Shown one piece after another: positions 12,417 to 24,983 of a stretch of DNA of 64,000 bases. Both the position numbers and the translations under genes were made by a program. The notes below the pieces were generated by a model, which saw only the letters and a list, made by a program, of their open reading frames with translations, had not been told where the DNA came from and made no database searches. Position 1 is the first letter of the stretch; each line of letters opens with the position of its first letter. Source of the DNA: Octopus vulgaris (Eukaryota); NCBI GenBank assembly GCA_951406725.2, contig OX597814.1:6448001-6512000 (forward strand), in the 5' to 3' direction.

Positions 12417-13654
12417 TTAACCCTTTCGTTACTGCATTTCTGTTGAGATGCTCTGTGTTTCTTTCAATTACTTTTAAATATAACAAAGAATTTAGTAAAA
12501 TAACATCGTTATCATTAAGCTAGTGTTAGGAACATAAATTGTGACTAAGGTTTGGTGGAAGATTTTAATTCAAAACTTATGAAGACAAGACATTTGTACT
12601 ACAGAGCCAGAGGTGGTTTCAGCCAGGTTGGTATCAAAAGGGCTAAGAATTGTTACTCTATTATATATTTTAACCCTTTTGTTACCATATTTCTGTTGAG
12701 ATGCTCTGTGTTTCTTTCAATTACTTTGAATATAACAAAGAATTTAGTAAAATAACATCGTTATCATTAAGCTGGTGTTAGGAACATAAATTGTGACTAA
12801 GGTTTGGTGGAAGATTTTCATTCAAAACTTATGAAAACAAGACTTTAGTACTCAGAGCCAGAGGTGGTTTCAGCCAGGTTGGTATCAGAAGGGCTAAGAA
12901 TTGTTACTCTATTGTATGTTTTAACCCTTTCGTTACCATATTTCTGTTGAGATGCTCTGGGTTTCTTTCAATTACTTTTAAATATAACAAAGAATTTAGT
13001 AAAATAACATCGTTATCATTAAGCTGGTGTTAGGAATATAAATTGTGACTAAGGTTTGGTGGAAGATTTTCATTTCAAAACTTATGAAAACAAGACTTTA
13101 GTACTCAGAGCCAGAGGTGGTTTCAGCCAGGTTGGTATCAAAAGGGCTAAGAATTGTTACTCTATTGTATGTTTTAACCCTTTCGTTACCATATTTCTGT
13201 TGAGATGCTCTGGGTTTCTTTCAATTACTTTTAAATATAACAAAGAATTTAGTAAAATAACATCGTTATCATTAAGCTGGTGTTAGGAATATAAATTGTG
13301 ACTAAGGTTTGGTGGAAGATTTTCATTCAAAACTTATGAAAACAAGACTTTAGTACTCAGAGCCAGAGGTGGTTTCAGCCAGGTTGGTATCAAAAGGGTT
13401 AAGAATTGTTACTCTATTATATATTTTAACCCTTTTGTTACCATATTTCTGTTGAGATGCTCTGTGTTTCTTTCAATTACTTTTAAATATAACAAAGAAT
13501 TTAGTAAAATAACTTAGTTATCATTAAGCTGGTGTTAGGAACATAAATTGTGACTAAGGTTTGGTGGAAGATTTTCATTCAAAACTTATGAAAACAAGAT
13601 ATTTGGACTCAGAGCCAGAGCTGGTTTCAGCCGGGTTGGTAACGAAAGGGTTAA
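12417..13654. mobile_element. Tandem array of five piggyBac-type MITEs (period 251-253 bp)
   Basis: TTAA-ccctttcgttac at 12417 and gtaacgaaaggg-TTAA ending 13654 (perfect 12-bp outer TIR). Units start at 12421, 12674, 12925, 13178, 13430. Confidence 0.88.
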
Positions 13655-14819
13655 CAGGAAAAACTGATCTGTCATTTTGTGGGCCAAGGTGGTGTAGGTT
13701 GACAAAATCCACTTTATACTTAAACTTCACTCTGAAAGGTGGTGTCTGTTGCAAGTAGACTCTCACCTGAATATCAACAATATTTATAATCCAGATACCC
13801 CCCCCCCCCATGTCTCTAAACCCCTTGAATCACCTGCAGTTCTTGAAAGTTTTTGTCTTTAATCACTTCAATGCTGACAACTTCTTTCGGCTCTCACACT
13901 CCTCCCCATAAATAATGCCATTGATGCAGAATCAAAATCTTTTGTCTTCGTTAACTTGTTTCATCCCCCTACACCCCACCCCAATTGCTCTCTCTCTCTC
14001 TCACCTCCAAACTCCACTTCTGCCAGACTGTTTATTAACTCTCTGCACCAATTGGTTTGTCTGACTAGTTTCAGTCCCCCCCACACACACACACACCCAA
14101 CACCCCTCCCTCCCACTCACTACAACAATGTTTCCTCACCCACCACCTCACTCCCCTCCCTCCCTCCCACTCAGACACTATGGCACTTGAAGTCAGCAGA
14201 TTGGTTTTGGAATTTGAAACTTGGCCAGTTTTATGCTAATTTATCCCTGCCAATAAATATACTTCACTCCTGACCCACTGGAAACAATTGTCAGCTGACT
14301 GAAACCATCCACTGAAGCTAGTGGCTGTGTAGAACCCCCCCCCCCCATCCAAAAAAAACTCACTGCCTTCACCCCCCCCCCCCCAATCTCCTCACTGCCA
14401 GGGGTGGGTGGGTGTTACTCATAGTTGCACTATTGCCAATGAAATGAAAATATAAGCTCTATAACGCCTGAAAAAACCCTAACCCAGGAAAAAACCAGGT
14501 CTACAACTCATACCTTTGTGTATCATACAATCCGTATGTTATTCCATATTCTCAACTGCAACTTATCCTTCTGGTTCCTTACCAAAAGAATCTCTACCAA
14601 TTTTGAACAATCCTTTTTTCCTTCTTTCTGCTTTTCGACTAGGAATGTTCTGTGAGCAGGATCTTTGCAGAGAAAACTTCACCCTTCACTGCTTACTTTG
14701 CATCTAAATCTATGCTACACTTGAAAAATCTACTCCTGAATCTACCCTAAATTTTCCACCCGACTAACTTCCCCACTTTGCTTGCCCTCATGCTAAGTGT
14801 GAATGTCCCTCTGATGGCT

Positions 14820-15075
14820 TCAAACAAAACAGGGCCACCAATGCTGAGCATGTCCTTCCACACAGAACCTTCAGACATTGCACATCAGATCTATTCCCTA
14901 TACTCACCAAACACTCTACAGGTGTATTCCTGTAGAGGAGAGACAGATACTTGGAAACATAACAGGTTGTTCCCCTTCTCAAGAAGGGGAACCCCTGTGA
15001 CCCTGCTAATTATCATCCTATCACACTCACTTCCAATATCAGAAACCTAATAGAAATGATTATTACCAATCATGT
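14820..15075 (+). mobile_element. Decayed CR1/Jockey-group LINE, N-terminal RT region
   Basis: Frameshifted translation TWKH...VVPLLKKGNPCDPANYHPITLTSNI resembles the LINE motif WK.A.V.PI.KKG...P.NYRPI.LTS. Confidence 0.7.
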
Positions 15076-16974
15076 TGCCTTTCCATCATGACCATCACTA
15101 CAGCTTATGTAAAAGAAGATCTTTTGATGACCTACTTTGCCATGTTACCTTCTAGTGTGGAGTCTCCTCTGAGAAGCTTGGTGAAAGCAGTGGTTACTGA
15201 GGCTAGAAGATGGGACAGTGCTCATAGCTTTTGCAGGGTCATGGAAAATGTTAACAGTCCCCTGTAAACTATTGACACCTGCAGCAAAGATATGAGCCAG
15301 AAGACCATTCTAGAGAATCTATGTTCTGGGGCCGAAAGCCTGGTCATTGTTGTAGTTAATGAAGGCCTTGCAGGGTTGGATGAGAAAAGTGATGCGAGTC
15401 CCTGAGTACCCTTCTTATGCCACCTCTACTCAGTGGAGATGGCATCAGAACTTGACAACCTTGGTGGTGCTTTGAAAAATTGAATTCCAATACACACTGT
15501 AAAGTGGTTGGGAAATGAGTGGAGAAAATGCAGGGCTGTGAGATGCCTTTACTGTTGTGTGTTGCCGAGAGATGATCAACCTGTCAAGTGTTGGTGCCAC
15601 AAAAGAAGTCCACTCTGTAAAGGGATTTTTGATAGGAAGTACATCCAGCCACAGAAAATAAGTCAAATGACATTTTTGTGCACCGGTCTGTTCATGGCAT
15701 TGCTTGTGATGATATGACTAATCCATATCAACATGGAAAGCAGATATAAAATGATGAGGATGATACACACACGTGTTGGGATATATGGTCAAACAGACTG
15801 CAATGAGGCTGTGCTGGCAAGACCTATGTAGTAAAAGTCAATAAGAAAAGGTCCAGCGAACTTGTTGTGGGGACTGGAAAATCCAATGTTTTGGACACAG
15901 TTCTTCTTCAGGGAAAAAGTGGAAAGGAAAGACATTAATGAGATGGCAGAGTTTTGCATTCTCTGAGTTAAAAAAAAAAAAAACTTACTGCAGGTCTGTG
16001 TGTGTGTGTGAATAAAGGATATGAGCAGTTTTTGTCAGGGTGACTTAAACTAATAGTTGTGTGCTCTGAGTGCTCAAATTAGTATGCCACTAAAGTACCA
16101 GTTTGAACTGCAGTTGAGAATGTGATTTTGTGACTGCCCTTTCGGAAGCAGCTGGAAGTAGCTTCCCTTTGAGTTGGGAAGCATAAATTAATGCAGAAAA
16201 AAGAAAAGGCAAACCGTTTGGCAAGACTTGATAAGAACGTTTGATCGTCTCTGACAGCTGTTTCTAGGATATCCCTGCTATTGGTGCCATCATGTTGAGC
16301 TAAAGATTCCATATGCTCAGTGTTCTGTCTTTGGAGCAAACTGTTTACCTTTTCTTTTTCTGCTTTAAATCTATCTGCCTATAAAAGATGTGTGTGTGTG
16401 TGTGCAGGCATAGCTGTGTGTGGTAAAGAAGCTTACTTCCCAACCACATGATTGTGGGTTCAGTCCCACGGTGTGGAACCTTGTACAAGTGTCTTCTACT
16501 GTAATATGTCTGTTGGATGAAAGCTAATCTAGTTTATCCAAAACCTAAACTCCATCATTCCGTAAAACACTTTCCAGGTGTTGTTTATATTATTCTTTAT
16601 CAATATTTGTACAAATTTACTGTTTTGCTTTTTATTGCAAGAAGATTGCTTTTTTTTTTTTTTTTTTTTTTTTAAAGAAATAATTGTTTTAATTGTGACT
16701 GAGTAATATTGCTAATGTTTGTGGTTTGAATGTTTTGTGAGGAAGAGAACCAATCAATTCTTGGAACAAGTTGATATGACTTTTAATTGAATTTACAGAA
16801 TGGAGTGAATGGCATCTTTCCAAGGATGAATAAAATTTTGCTTGTTTGTTGTTGTTATTTAGTCTAGATTGGAATTGATATGTTTTGGGCAACGTCAAAT
16901 CTGCAGAAGTAAAGTGAATAAAAGAAAGAAATACAAGCTAACAGGGAGAATGTAGTTCTTCCAGCTAGTGGAGC

Positions 16975-17470
16975 GCTAAGAGTACCATACGAGCATCATC
17001 GTTGCCAGAGCAATGAGCTGGCCTTCATGTACCATTCGCTAAGAGTACCATACGAGAATGATTGTTGCCAGAGCAACGAGCTGACCTTCATGTACCATTC
17101 GCTAAGAGTACCATACGAGAATGATCGTTGCCAGAGCAATGAGCTGGCCTTCATGTACCATTCGCTAAGAGTACCATATGAGAATGATCGTTGCCAGAGC
17201 AACGAGCTGACCTTCATGTACCATTCGCTAAGAGTACCATACGAGAATGATTGTTGCCAGAGCAACGAGCTGACCTTCATGTACCATTCGCTAAGAGTAC
17301 CATACGAGAATGATCGTTGCCAGAGCAACGAGCTGACCTTCATGTACCATTCGCTAAGAGTACCATATGAGAATGATTGTTGCCAGAGCAATGAGCTGGC
17401 CTTCATGTACCATTCGCTAAGAGTACCATACGAGAATGATCGTTGCCAGAGCAACGAGCTGGCCTTCATG
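16975..17470 (+). repeat. 63-bp minisatellite, about 8 copies, forming the 5' part of a family C element
   Basis: gctaagagtacc recurs at 16975, 17038, 17101 ... 17416. The unit resembles the C internal unit and runs directly into the C body. Confidence 0.95.
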
Positions 17471-17846
17471 CCGATGACACATTAAACACACCGTTCGAGC
17501 ATGATCGTTGCCGCTTCACCTTTCTAGCACTTGTGTTGGTGGCACGTGAAACGTTCGAGCGAGGTCGTCACCAGTGCCGCTGGACTGGCTCCTGTGCAGG
17601 TGGCACATAAAAAACACCATTTGGGCATGGCTGTTGCCAGTACTACCACACTGGCCCTCATGCCGGTGGCACGTAAAAGCACCCACTACACTCTCGGAGT
17701 GGTTGGCATTAGGAATGGCATCCAGCTATAGAAACTCTGCCAGATCATTTTGGAGCCTGGTGCAGCCATCTGGTTCGTCAGTCCTCAGTCAAACTGTTCA
17801 ACCCATGCTAGCATGGAAAGCGGACGTTAAATGATGATGATGATGA
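17471..17846 (+). mobile_element. Family C element body and (ATG)n tail
   Basis: gtggcacgtaaaagcaccc...ggttggcattaggaatggcatccagct...cggacgttaaatgatgatgatg. Confidence 0.9.
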
Positions 17847-18705
17847 CATATTTTGTTGTGTGTGTGATGTGGAGGTGGGTTGTGTGTGGGTGTGTGCAAG
17901 TACTGTGATGTCAGAGTATAACAAATTGATGAATTGGGGTTTGTAGTGTACTTTCTGATTTCAAGTCTTGAAAATTGTGTGATTGTGGCTGGTGAAGCTG
18001 TTAGAACCTGATGAAGCCCTCCACTTCCTGCTCAACGGCAGATCTTTCTTCATAGCAAACAGCTTATAAACCACTTTATCCAGTTCCTTTTGCTGGCCTC
18101 TTACTTCTGATTCTGTTGGTTTACCAAGAAGAGTTGTTTCTCTTCCAGACACATAGTTTGCTAGAAGTAGCAGCCGTGTCTCTGCTATTGCACCTTTATA
18201 ATAAAGAAAGGATATAGACACTGTACTCCTATATTCAGTAGATCTGAATTAAGGTTGGGGTGGTCAACACTGGAGTGTCTACTTAGTCAGAATTGACATG
18301 TAGTCAAAGGACAACAGCAATACTAATAATCTGTGTCTGTTCCTGGTATTATAAGATTTATCTCTGTGTCTCTATTTGTTGATGGGGATTATGGCAATGT
18401 GCAGCTTATTGGAGTCTCAAACAAATGATTCTGTTTCCATTGATTACCTTCAAACCTACTTTTTTTCGTGTCAGCTTGTGTTAATTACTATTTGATTTAT
18501 ACAACTGATCGTTATTCATATTTCACATATATATTAGATACATTGTACATTTTACACACCTGTGCACATATAAATTTGAACGTGTCCTTTAAGTCCACAT
18601 TTGGCAGTGTTCTCTGGACTACATCTTCTACTAAAGTTTGCAAGTTAAACACAAATTATTTTCAAGTTTAAACTCAAACTTAAACTTTTTGTTAACAATT
18701 AAACC

Positions 18706-18925
18706 GGAAGCACCAACTGATCGTGGCCGTTGCCAGCCTTGCCTGGCACGTAAAAACCACCCACTACACTCACGGAGTGGTTGGCGTTAGGAAGGGCATC
18801 CAGCTGTAGAAACACTGCCAGATCAGACTGGAGCCTGGTGCAGCCTCCTGGCTTCCCAGACCCCGGTCGAACTGTCCAACCCATCCTAGCATGGAAAACG
18901 GATGTTAATAGATGATGATGATGAT
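18706..18925 (+). mobile_element. Family C element, 5'-truncated
   Basis: Same body and (ATG)n tail. Confidence 0.9.
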
Positions 18926-20239
18926 TTGAAATCAATTTGAAGGCATTGTTTCCCATTCGTACACAATCTGTTCCTCATTGCAATGAAATCCTCTTGAACT
19001 GACTGTCAGTTTTATTAAAGGTGTAAAGATGGTCCTAGGAACGATTTAATTAATTAATCAAAATCAATTCAACAAACTGTATGTGCAGGCTACAGGACCT
19101 TTTGACTGATCCCTGTCACAGTATCTCTGTGTACCAAAAGGACTGTTGAACTATAGAAACTCTGACAGTCTTAACCAAAATGTTGTTGGCTACTGGTCAG
19201 CCAAGGCCAAAAATAGTGTGACCACATGTACACACACATACACACACACAAATGTACAACTGTGTATTTGTAGAGTGTCTGAATATAGCTGAAGTTTTGA
19301 TTTTAGGGCAGAGATCAATTGTGTGTGTGTGTGTAAGAGCCCCAAAAGTGTATACTTTAAGTCTACATTTTAAGTAGTTGAAATAACGAAGGAAAGAAAT
19401 AACGAAGCAGAGGAGAAGAATGTTGGACCACAAGCATTGACTGAAAGGCGACCATCTGCCGAAACCACTTGAGAGCCTGAAGAAAAAAGAAAATATTTTC
19501 CTACTCTAAGTAATGTATTGAGTTCTATACATAGTAACATTTGTACAATGTTTAATACATGTTATAGCACTCATGACATAAAAGCTTTGTTGTTGTTGGG
19601 TAACTGAATACAGTGAACAAATATAAACAAGTCTGTACCATACATTTACGTTGTCTAAAGACAGTCTGGTTTACTATACCAGTCAGCTTTCTTCTAGAGA
19701 GAGAGATTCTCTGTTGTCTATTGTTGATGCCATACCAAGAAGTGTTCTGACAAATATCAGCCTTCAGTTTTCATGCAAACTACTTTCATTTCCATATAAT
19801 CCTGCAATTGTTTTACGTAATCATATTTCGGAATGTATTTGTCTGTCTTTGACAGATTCAGTCATGAAGTCTTTGCCTCTTTCTGACCTTTTATCGCTGT
19901 AGATTTATTCTGACCTTTTCTCTCTGCAGCTTCAGGTTTAAGGTAACCAGATCTCATTTTCTCAGAATCTCTAAGTATAGCAATGAATTTTGCATTTTAA
20001 TAGTTATAAATGTACTCTGTGTGTGTGTGTGTTTAATACACATACACACAAACATAGAACAATAATATTCCTCTATTTAAATGATTTTGAAGTCTGCATC
20101 TTATGTTATACATATTGTTCCTTATAACACATACACACACACATCCGGTAGAAGAGTGAGAGGCGGAGAGACAGAGATCTATAGTAAGTGATGAGGAAAA
20201 GGCAGGGGCCTTGGCCTTTACAGGCTCTCAAACACAAGT

Positions 20240-21380
20240 TAGATTGGTTCTATTCACATCCTGCTTAATTTGTTCCATGTTGACAGTTCTAGCAAAGGCA
20301 TGTGCAAGGTGAGTAATTCCAGGGGGATAAAGTTCTGGGGAGGAAGGACTGAGTATAGTGGCTGATGAAAGGTTGGAGTGGTGGTGGTTGTGGCTAATGG
20401 TTAATAGGTGAAAGCAACATGGCTGATGTCTGGATGAGAACTGTATGTCTCAGGGGTACCTAACTGAAAGTGGCAGGAACTCGTCCAGCTCTGCTGAGCT
20501 GAAGCTATTGAAGTAGAGAAATGGCCGAGAGAAGACAGAACATGGGCTGGGAACTGGAATGAGTCTTAGGGACTTGTCATTCTTTTAACTGACTTTCCCT
20601 TCTGTATAGTCTGGAATGGGTTTTGTACAGTACCCTCCCTCCCAGATAGTGGGCATTGTTCTGTTCTGAGTTTCACCTGCACTTTGTTGAGGGTCAGTAA
20701 ATGTCGGGAGATCTTCCTGGTTCTTAAGAGAGGGATCAAACTTTGAGATCCTCTGTTAAAGCCTTGTCCTCCAGAACAGATCCTCTCTGACACAATACAA
20801 CATTGAGTGCAAAGTACTCGCTCATCTGCTTGGGTTGAAGGAATGGCTAGTTGTGATGGTACTTTCTTTATAAAAAGTGCTTTTGTGGGTTTCCTGTTTC
20901 TTTTTATTGGCTGTTGAAGGACACAATACTGGCATGGGCCTGACAGCAGATATTTTTGAGGTCTCTCTTCATGGAATTGGTGTAGGTTTGGTGCGAAGGG
21001 TTTTGGTTGGATGAAGCTGACACTCAGGTGGAAAAGGTTAGAGATAAACAAAGGATAGTGTGAACCAGTTCAGAGTGGATGTTGTTGCACGTGGTGGCAA
21101 GTAAAGGATTGGCGTTTAGAAAGAAGCACATCTGGAACAGAAGTGAATGTTTGAGACACACCAATATTGATAAAACATGGGGTAGAGAAAATTCCGTTAG
21201 GACAAGCCATGAGAGTGTAATCTAGCAGGAAGTGACCAATCTGAGAGATGAGAGATGAGAAGTTTTGATAGGAGACTGGTGTATTTGATAGTGTTGAAGG
21301 GTTCCCAGATGTTATCAACAAAATTAACTAGGATGACTGACATCCTAGATCTATTAATAGATCCAGCTTCAGGAAGCTGT
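20240..21380 (-). mobile_element. Heavily decayed CR1/Jockey-group LINE (best conserved at RT C-terminus, 20290-20760)
   Basis: HLLTLNKVQVKLRTEQC resembles QLLTLYKAQVRP.MEYC; FLYFNSFSSAEL resembles FYRYFNG.CS.EL; SHYTQSFLPRTLSPWN resembles SFFPRT..LWN. The upstream extent is uncertain. Confidence 0.65.
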
Positions 21381-21764
21381 AGTGGTAGTCATTAAAGAAG
21401 GGGGGGGATAGAAAGTGGGGGGAGAGAGACAGACAAAAAAATTGGATTTTTTGTATATTCATGCCAGAAGCTCCGATGTCTTTCTTATTAAAAGCAAACT
21501 ACAGCCTCTACTTTGGTTCAAATAATTTTCAACATTTACACTGATGAGGACTAATTTAGGCCAAAACACATGTAAGATTTTTTTTTCTCCCTTCATTATT
21601 GGAAAATAAAAGATTCAGTACAATACCATTCTACAAATGAATTTTAATTATTATTATCTAGTAACTTTGTGCCTGGAGCATATTATTATCAAGTGACTCC
21701 ATGTATGGAATAAATTCTTCTCCCCGTCAAAGTAAAACAAATGTACCAACTAAATTCACACACC

Positions 21765-21799
21765 GTTATGTGTGTGTATGAGTGATTTCTATATGTGCC

Positions 21800-21835
<36 letters not shown>

Positions 21836-21969
21836 AGTTTCTATATGTGCCTATATATGTGTGTGTGTGTGGTGTATGAATGAGTTTCTATATGTGTCTA
21901 TATGTGTGTGTGTACTTATATATCTGTACACATGTATATATATATGTGTGTATGTATATATGTATACAC

Positions 21970-22009
<40 letters not shown>

Positions 22010-22078
22010 ACACATGTATATATATATACATATATATATATATATACACACGCACATATGTATATATGTATACACATG

Positions 22079-22137
<59 letters not shown>

Positions 22138-22150
22138 GCACATATATGCA
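21765..22150. repeat. Compound (TG)n/(TA)n microsatellite tract
   Basis: Directly visible; source of the YI-repeat ORFs. Confidence 0.95.
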
Positions 22151-22588
22151 TTTAAGTGTATTTTGGAGTCTCGTCTATCCTAGTCTTTTCCATGTATTCT
22201 ACTCTCTTTCTCAGTATTGTCGCACCTGACAGTAAATGTTCAGGTGTTATTCTTAAAATGCTTGAAAATAACACTTGAACATACATATGTATGCATACAC
22301 ATACACACACATTACATATATATATACACACACACGCACACACACATGCTGATACACATGCATTTGCACATTTGCCAGTGGTACTCTACTTGCATGTTGT
22401 TGTCATTTTTTCCTTCCACTAAACCATTTCAGGTGAAAAAACTATAAAAAGTCAGAAATGACTGCACTCAACTTCACTCATTGATTTCTACTCTGTCGCT
22501 TTTATTCTGACAGAAATCAATTTTTGCTTCAAATTCATTGCAGTGATCGTGATGATGATGATGATGATGGTTGTATTTTCGTTTCTAG

Positions 22589-22630
22589 ATGCTTTCTCCA
22601 TGCCTTTCGTTTCACCTGCTCTATATACAG
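22589..22630 (+). other. Candidate 42-bp plus-strand micro-exon
   Basis: Acceptor ttgtattttcgtttctag, donor CAG|gtatgt, length divisible by 3, open in all three frames. No partner exon identified. Confidence 0.3.
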
Positions 22631-22689
22631 GTATGTAGATAGGTTGAATAATCAGTATTGGATGTAGTTTGGTTAAAGACTAAACTATT

Positions 22690-22914
22690 AAGGCGGCTTG
22701 CTGGCAGAACCGTTAGCACGCCGGGGGGAAATGCGTAACCGTATTTCGTCTGCCGTTACGTTCTGAGTTCAAATTCCGCCGAGGTCGACTTTACCTTTCA
22801 TCCTTTCTGGGTCGATAAATAAAGTACCAGTTTCACACTGAAGTTGATGTAATTCCTTTGTCCGCCCTTGTTTGTCTCCTCTATGTTTAGCCCCTTGTGG
22901 GCAGTAAAGAAATC
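22690..22914 (+). mobile_element. SINE family B
   Basis: 13-bp TSD taaagactaaact at 22674-22686 and 22915-22927; homologous to 30699-30930. Confidence 0.92.
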
Positions 22915-23340
22915 TAAAGACTAAACTTAAGTGAGAACAGAAGAATAGACGAACGGACCCTGCTTCCCTATTTAGGAAACCATTTCTTGTCTCTCGATAT
23001 TGAATTCTACATTCCAATACTTTCAGCCCTGATTACATAGTTCCATTTTAACGGTTTCATATTACATGTGCTGGCATGGCCGTGGGGTCTGGGGTTCAAT
23101 TCCAGTGAACAGTACCTTGAGCAAGTGTTTTCTGCTGTCCACCCTGTCAACTAAAGCCATGTGAATAGATTTGGTTGATGGGAACTAAAAGAAGTCCGTC
23201 ATGCATCCTTTGTTTTAACATTGTGTGATGCTTCTACAATGAGCATCACCATTCTGTGAAAGATGTTGTTCCTTCCAAGTCTCCTCCACAGAAAAAGGAA
23301 AACCATGTCTGACCATGAGGAAATATTAACACTGCTTGGC

Positions 23341-23767
23341 ATTGAAACTCCGACGTCTGGCAGCTGACTTGGCAGACACCCATAAAATTATTAACCATCT
23401 TACAAGCAATAACTCTGGGCACCTTTTCAAACTCCACCTGTCTAACACCCGTGGACATGTTTACAAAGTCAGAAAACAGCACAGCTCCTTCCATGACTTT
23501 CAGAAACATTTTTTCACACTAAGAGTTGCTGAAGCATGGAACAACGTGTCGGCATCAGTTGTTAGTTGTCGGAGCACTGCATCCTTCAAAACTTCCATGC
23601 TTCCTGAGATTCGCCAACACTACACCTGATTTTCTCCCCTCCATACACACACAAGCATGTATCTGACTCATACACTGTTCACTTCCCAGACATTTTTACA
23701 TTACTGCATATGCTTTATACGCTCTTGTGACAAGTTGTGGTGCACCTGAGCACTGTATACAATAATT

Positions 23768-23810
<43 letters not shown>
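23341..23810 (+). mobile_element. 5'-truncated CR1-type LINE 3' end with (ATT)n tail
   Basis: LKLRRLAADLADTHKII...TRGHVYKVRK...KHFFTLRVAEAWN..SASVV...FK is the CR1 ORF2 C-terminal signature. Stop at 23629, 3' UTR, then (ATT)n to 23810. Confidence 0.9.
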
Positions 23811-23811
<1 letters not shown>

Positions 23812-23988
23812 TTAAAGTACCCAGATTCTTAATAAATAAATGTTTTTAATCGCAATGCAATTAACTTATTTATTGTATTAAACGGGTAAAGGTAAAGAAA
23901 TATTTTTACCGTTAATTTATAATACAAATAAGAAAATGGAGAAAGAAATTTAGTTCATCAACTCCGAAAGTTGAACAAACTAAATTTT

Positions 23989-24044
<56 letters not shown>

Positions 24045-24045
<1 letters not shown>

Positions 24046-24198
24046 TTTATTTAAAAGTAGCAAAAATATCACAAAAACTGTTACTCAGAGAGCCACGTTC
24101 CCGTTTGTTGGACGGTTTCTAACAAAACTGTCCGACGATCGGGAACATGAAACTCTGAGTAACGGTTTTTGTGATATTTCTGCTGCTTTTAAATAAAG
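24045..24198. repeat. Fold-back inverted repeat, about 74-bp arms
   Basis: 24045-24118 is the imperfect reverse complement of 24125-24198. Confidence 0.9.
24124..24169 (+). ncRNA. Minimal type I hammerhead-ribozyme-like motif (Penelope-like element type), variant or degenerate
   Basis: Stem I aaaactgt/acggtttt, core CCGACGA (canonical CUGANGA), stem II tcgggaacat (acgggaacgt in the inverted copy), GAAA, stem III ctc-t-gag, GUA cleavage triplet. Confidence 0.6.
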
Positions 24199-24269
24199 CA
24201 TATTACTCTACTTCTGGTATTTCAGTACTCTATTTTTCCACCTTGTTTCACTTTTATGTGCTTACTCCG

Positions 24270-24305
<36 letters not shown>

Positions 24306-24983
24306 ATATATGAGGAAGTCAGTTATATGACCAGTCATAGTGACCAATATTTTCACATCCACAAAGCACTCTGCCTTAGAGACAACTTACCAGACTCCAA
24401 TGGCCAGACATATACACCTCTTGTCAATGAGCTGTATATGTGTATATACACACAAGTGCATGCACAGATATACATATGACTACATATATGCATAGATATA
24501 TATGTGTACACACACACACATGTACATACATATATACATACAGAGGGAGAGAGTTCATTAATATTAAGACCAAACTCTAATTAATGCTTTTCAATTCATT
24601 AAGATTTTAACGACATTCTAACTGTTCACACCTAGGGTTTCTTTTTTCTTTTTTTCTTTTTTTTTTTTGCATGGGAAAACTTGTTGCTGGCGTTTCATTG
24701 TGAAAGAGACATTTATTTAATTAACAATAATTTGATATACTTCTTTGAGAGTATGGAAAGTCGTCCTGTTGGTTAGACATTCCAATTAACTCATCAAGAG
24801 TTACTGCTATCATAATTTAGTTTTTAGCTTTACTTCTGCTGTTTTTATTATATAGTTTTATACACTTAGATATTTTTTTTTTATTTGAGCTTATATTGTC
24901 TCTCTTTCTGTTGAATGATGTGTTGTTGGTCTTCATTCTCTGACTATTTGCACCTCATGTATATGGGCTTAGGAGTACAAACA

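Noticed and set aside
12417-13654. Repeat-spacer array
   Set aside because: The spacers are near-identical to each other and the repeats are MITEs with TTAA and TIRs.
16996-17485. 21-aa repeat proteins on both strands
   Set aside because: A consequence of a 63-bp period; no splice or promoter support.
23336-23629. Host protein-coding gene
   Set aside because: It is the C-terminus of a CR1 LINE ORF2 with its own 3' tail.
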